Assembly (NCBI GenBank): GCA_002269645.1
Contig: NIVC01000001.1
Coordinates: 868,001-932,000 of the forward strand
Direction: 5' to 3'
DNA length: 64,000 bases
Source: Macrostomum lignano
Lineage: Eukaryota
The notes under the pieces were generated by a model, which made no database searches, was not told where the DNA came from, and worked only from the letters and a program-made list of their open reading frames with translations. How positions within the stretch are numbered: the first letter of the stretch is position 1; each line of letters opens with the position of its first letter. The position numbers were made by a program, and so were the translations under genes. Of the stretch, positions 62,250 to 64,000 are shown in pieces.

Positions 62250-64000
62250 GAGATTGTTCATGATCCGAGAGATTGTTCATGATCCAAAATTGTATATGAT
62301 TCGAGATTGTTCATGATCCGAGAGATTGTTCATGATCCAAGATTGTTCATGATCCGAGAGATTGTTCATGATCCGAGAGATTGTTCATGATCCGAGAGAT
62401 TGTTCATGATCCGAGAGATTGTTCATGATCCGAGATTGTTCATGATCCGAGATTGTTCATGATCCGAGAGATTGTTCATGATCCGAGAGATTGTTCATGA
62501 TCCGAGAGATTGTTCATGATCCGAGAGATTGTTCATGATCCGAGATTGTTCATGATCCGAGAGATTGTTCATGATCCGAGAGATTGTTCATGATCCGAGA
62601 TTGTTCATGATCCGAGAGATTGTTCATGATCCGAGAGATTGTTCATGATCCGAGAGATTGTTCATGATCCGAGAGATTGTTCATGATCCGAGATTGTTCA
62701 TGATCCGAGAGATTGTTCATGATCCGAGAGATTGTTCATGATCCGAGAGATTGTTCATGATCCGAGATTGTTCATGATCCGAGATTGTTCATGATCCGAG
62801 AGATTGTTCATGATCCGAGAGATTGTTCATGATCCGAGAGATTGTTCATGATCCGAGAGATTGTTCATGATCCGAGATTGTTCATGATCCGAGAGATTGT
62901 TCATGATCCGAGAGATTGTTCATGATCCGAGATTGTTCATGATCCGAGAGATTGTTCATGATCCGAGAGATTGTTCATGATCCGAGAGATTGTTCATGAT
63001 CCGAGAGATTGTTCATGATCCGAGATTGTTCATGATCCGAGAGATTGTTCATGATCCGAGAGATTGTTCATGATCCGAGAGATTGTTCATGATCCGAGAT
63101 TGTTCATGATCCGAGATTGTTCATGATCCGAGATTGTTCATGATCCGAGAGATTGTTCATGATCCGAGAGATTGTTCATGATCCGAGATTGTTCATGATC
63201 CGAGAGATTGTTAATGATCCGAGAGATTGTTCATGATCCGAGAGATTGTTCATGATCCGAGAGATTGTTCATGATCCGAGAGATTGTTCATGATCCGAGA
63301 GATTGTTCATGATCCGAGAGATTGTTCATGATCCGAGATTGTTCATGATCCGAGATTGTTCATGATCCGAGATTGTTCATGATCCGAGATTGTTCATGAT
63401 CCGAGATTGTTCATGATCCTTTGTTCATGATCCGAGAGATTGTTCATGATCCGAGATTGTTCATGATCCGAGAGATTGTTAATGATCCGAGAGATTGTTC
63501 ATGATCCGAGAGATTGTTCATGATCCGAGAGATTGTTCATGATCCGAGAGATTGTTCATGATCCGAGATTGTTCATGATCCGAGATTGTTCATAATCCTT
63601 TGTTCATGATCCGAGAGATTGTTCATGATCCGAGATTGTTCATGATCCGAGATTGTTCATGATCCGAGATTGTTCATGATCCTTTGTTCATGATCCGAGA
63701 GATTGTTCATGATCCGAGAGATTGTTCATGATCCGAGAGATTGTTAATGATCCGAGAGATTGTTAATGATCCGAGAGATTGTTCATGATCCGAGAGATTG
63801 TTCATGATCCGAGAGATTGTTCATGATCCGAGAGATTGTTCATGATCCTTTGTTCATGATCCGAGAGATTGTTCATGATCCAAGATTGTTCATGATCCGA
63901 GAGATTGTTCATGATCCGAGAGATTGTTCATGATCCGAGAGATTGTTCATGATCCGAGATTGTTCATGATCCGAGATTGTTCATGATCCGAGATTGTTCA
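62250..64000. repeat. 17/19-bp tandem repeat (GA)GAGATTGTTCATGATCC running off the window end
   Basis: More than 90 units. Confidence 0.98.

Overview
Repeat-rich eukaryotic (animal) genomic DNA with spliced genes. The gene style, polyQ tracts, (GATA)n and intronic minisatellites suggest a flatworm such as Macrostomum; this is an inference, not provable from the window. I reconstructed exons by hand from splice sites and reading-frame phase. Genes: a SPATS1 homolog (-); a GT32/DXD glycosyltransferase (-) head-to-head with POLR1H/RPA12 (+); C15orf61 (+) followed 27 nt later by a small membrane-protein ORF; a tandemly duplicated eIF3A (a truncated 632-aa copy with a new Lys-rich tail, then a full 1157-aa copy); an unknown Q/P/A-rich gene (+); a 9-exon carboxypeptidase B-like gene (-); a GT32-like fragment (-); an uninterrupted 1382-aa ORF with repeated LRAT/H-NC-like domains and a C-terminal hydrophobic anchor (-); a hidden four-exon gene absent from the ORF track (-); and the start of a PTB/PID-domain gene (+). 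Mobile DNA: a young but defective Ty3/gypsy element with TG...TA LTRs, Tc1 and mariner deletion derivatives, hAT-type MITEs and two tRNA-derived SINE families. About 20 distinct tandem arrays are present, with no CRISPR, rRNA or bona fide tRNA genes. The best novelty candidates are the multi-LRAT protein and the truncated, chimeric eIF3a paralog.
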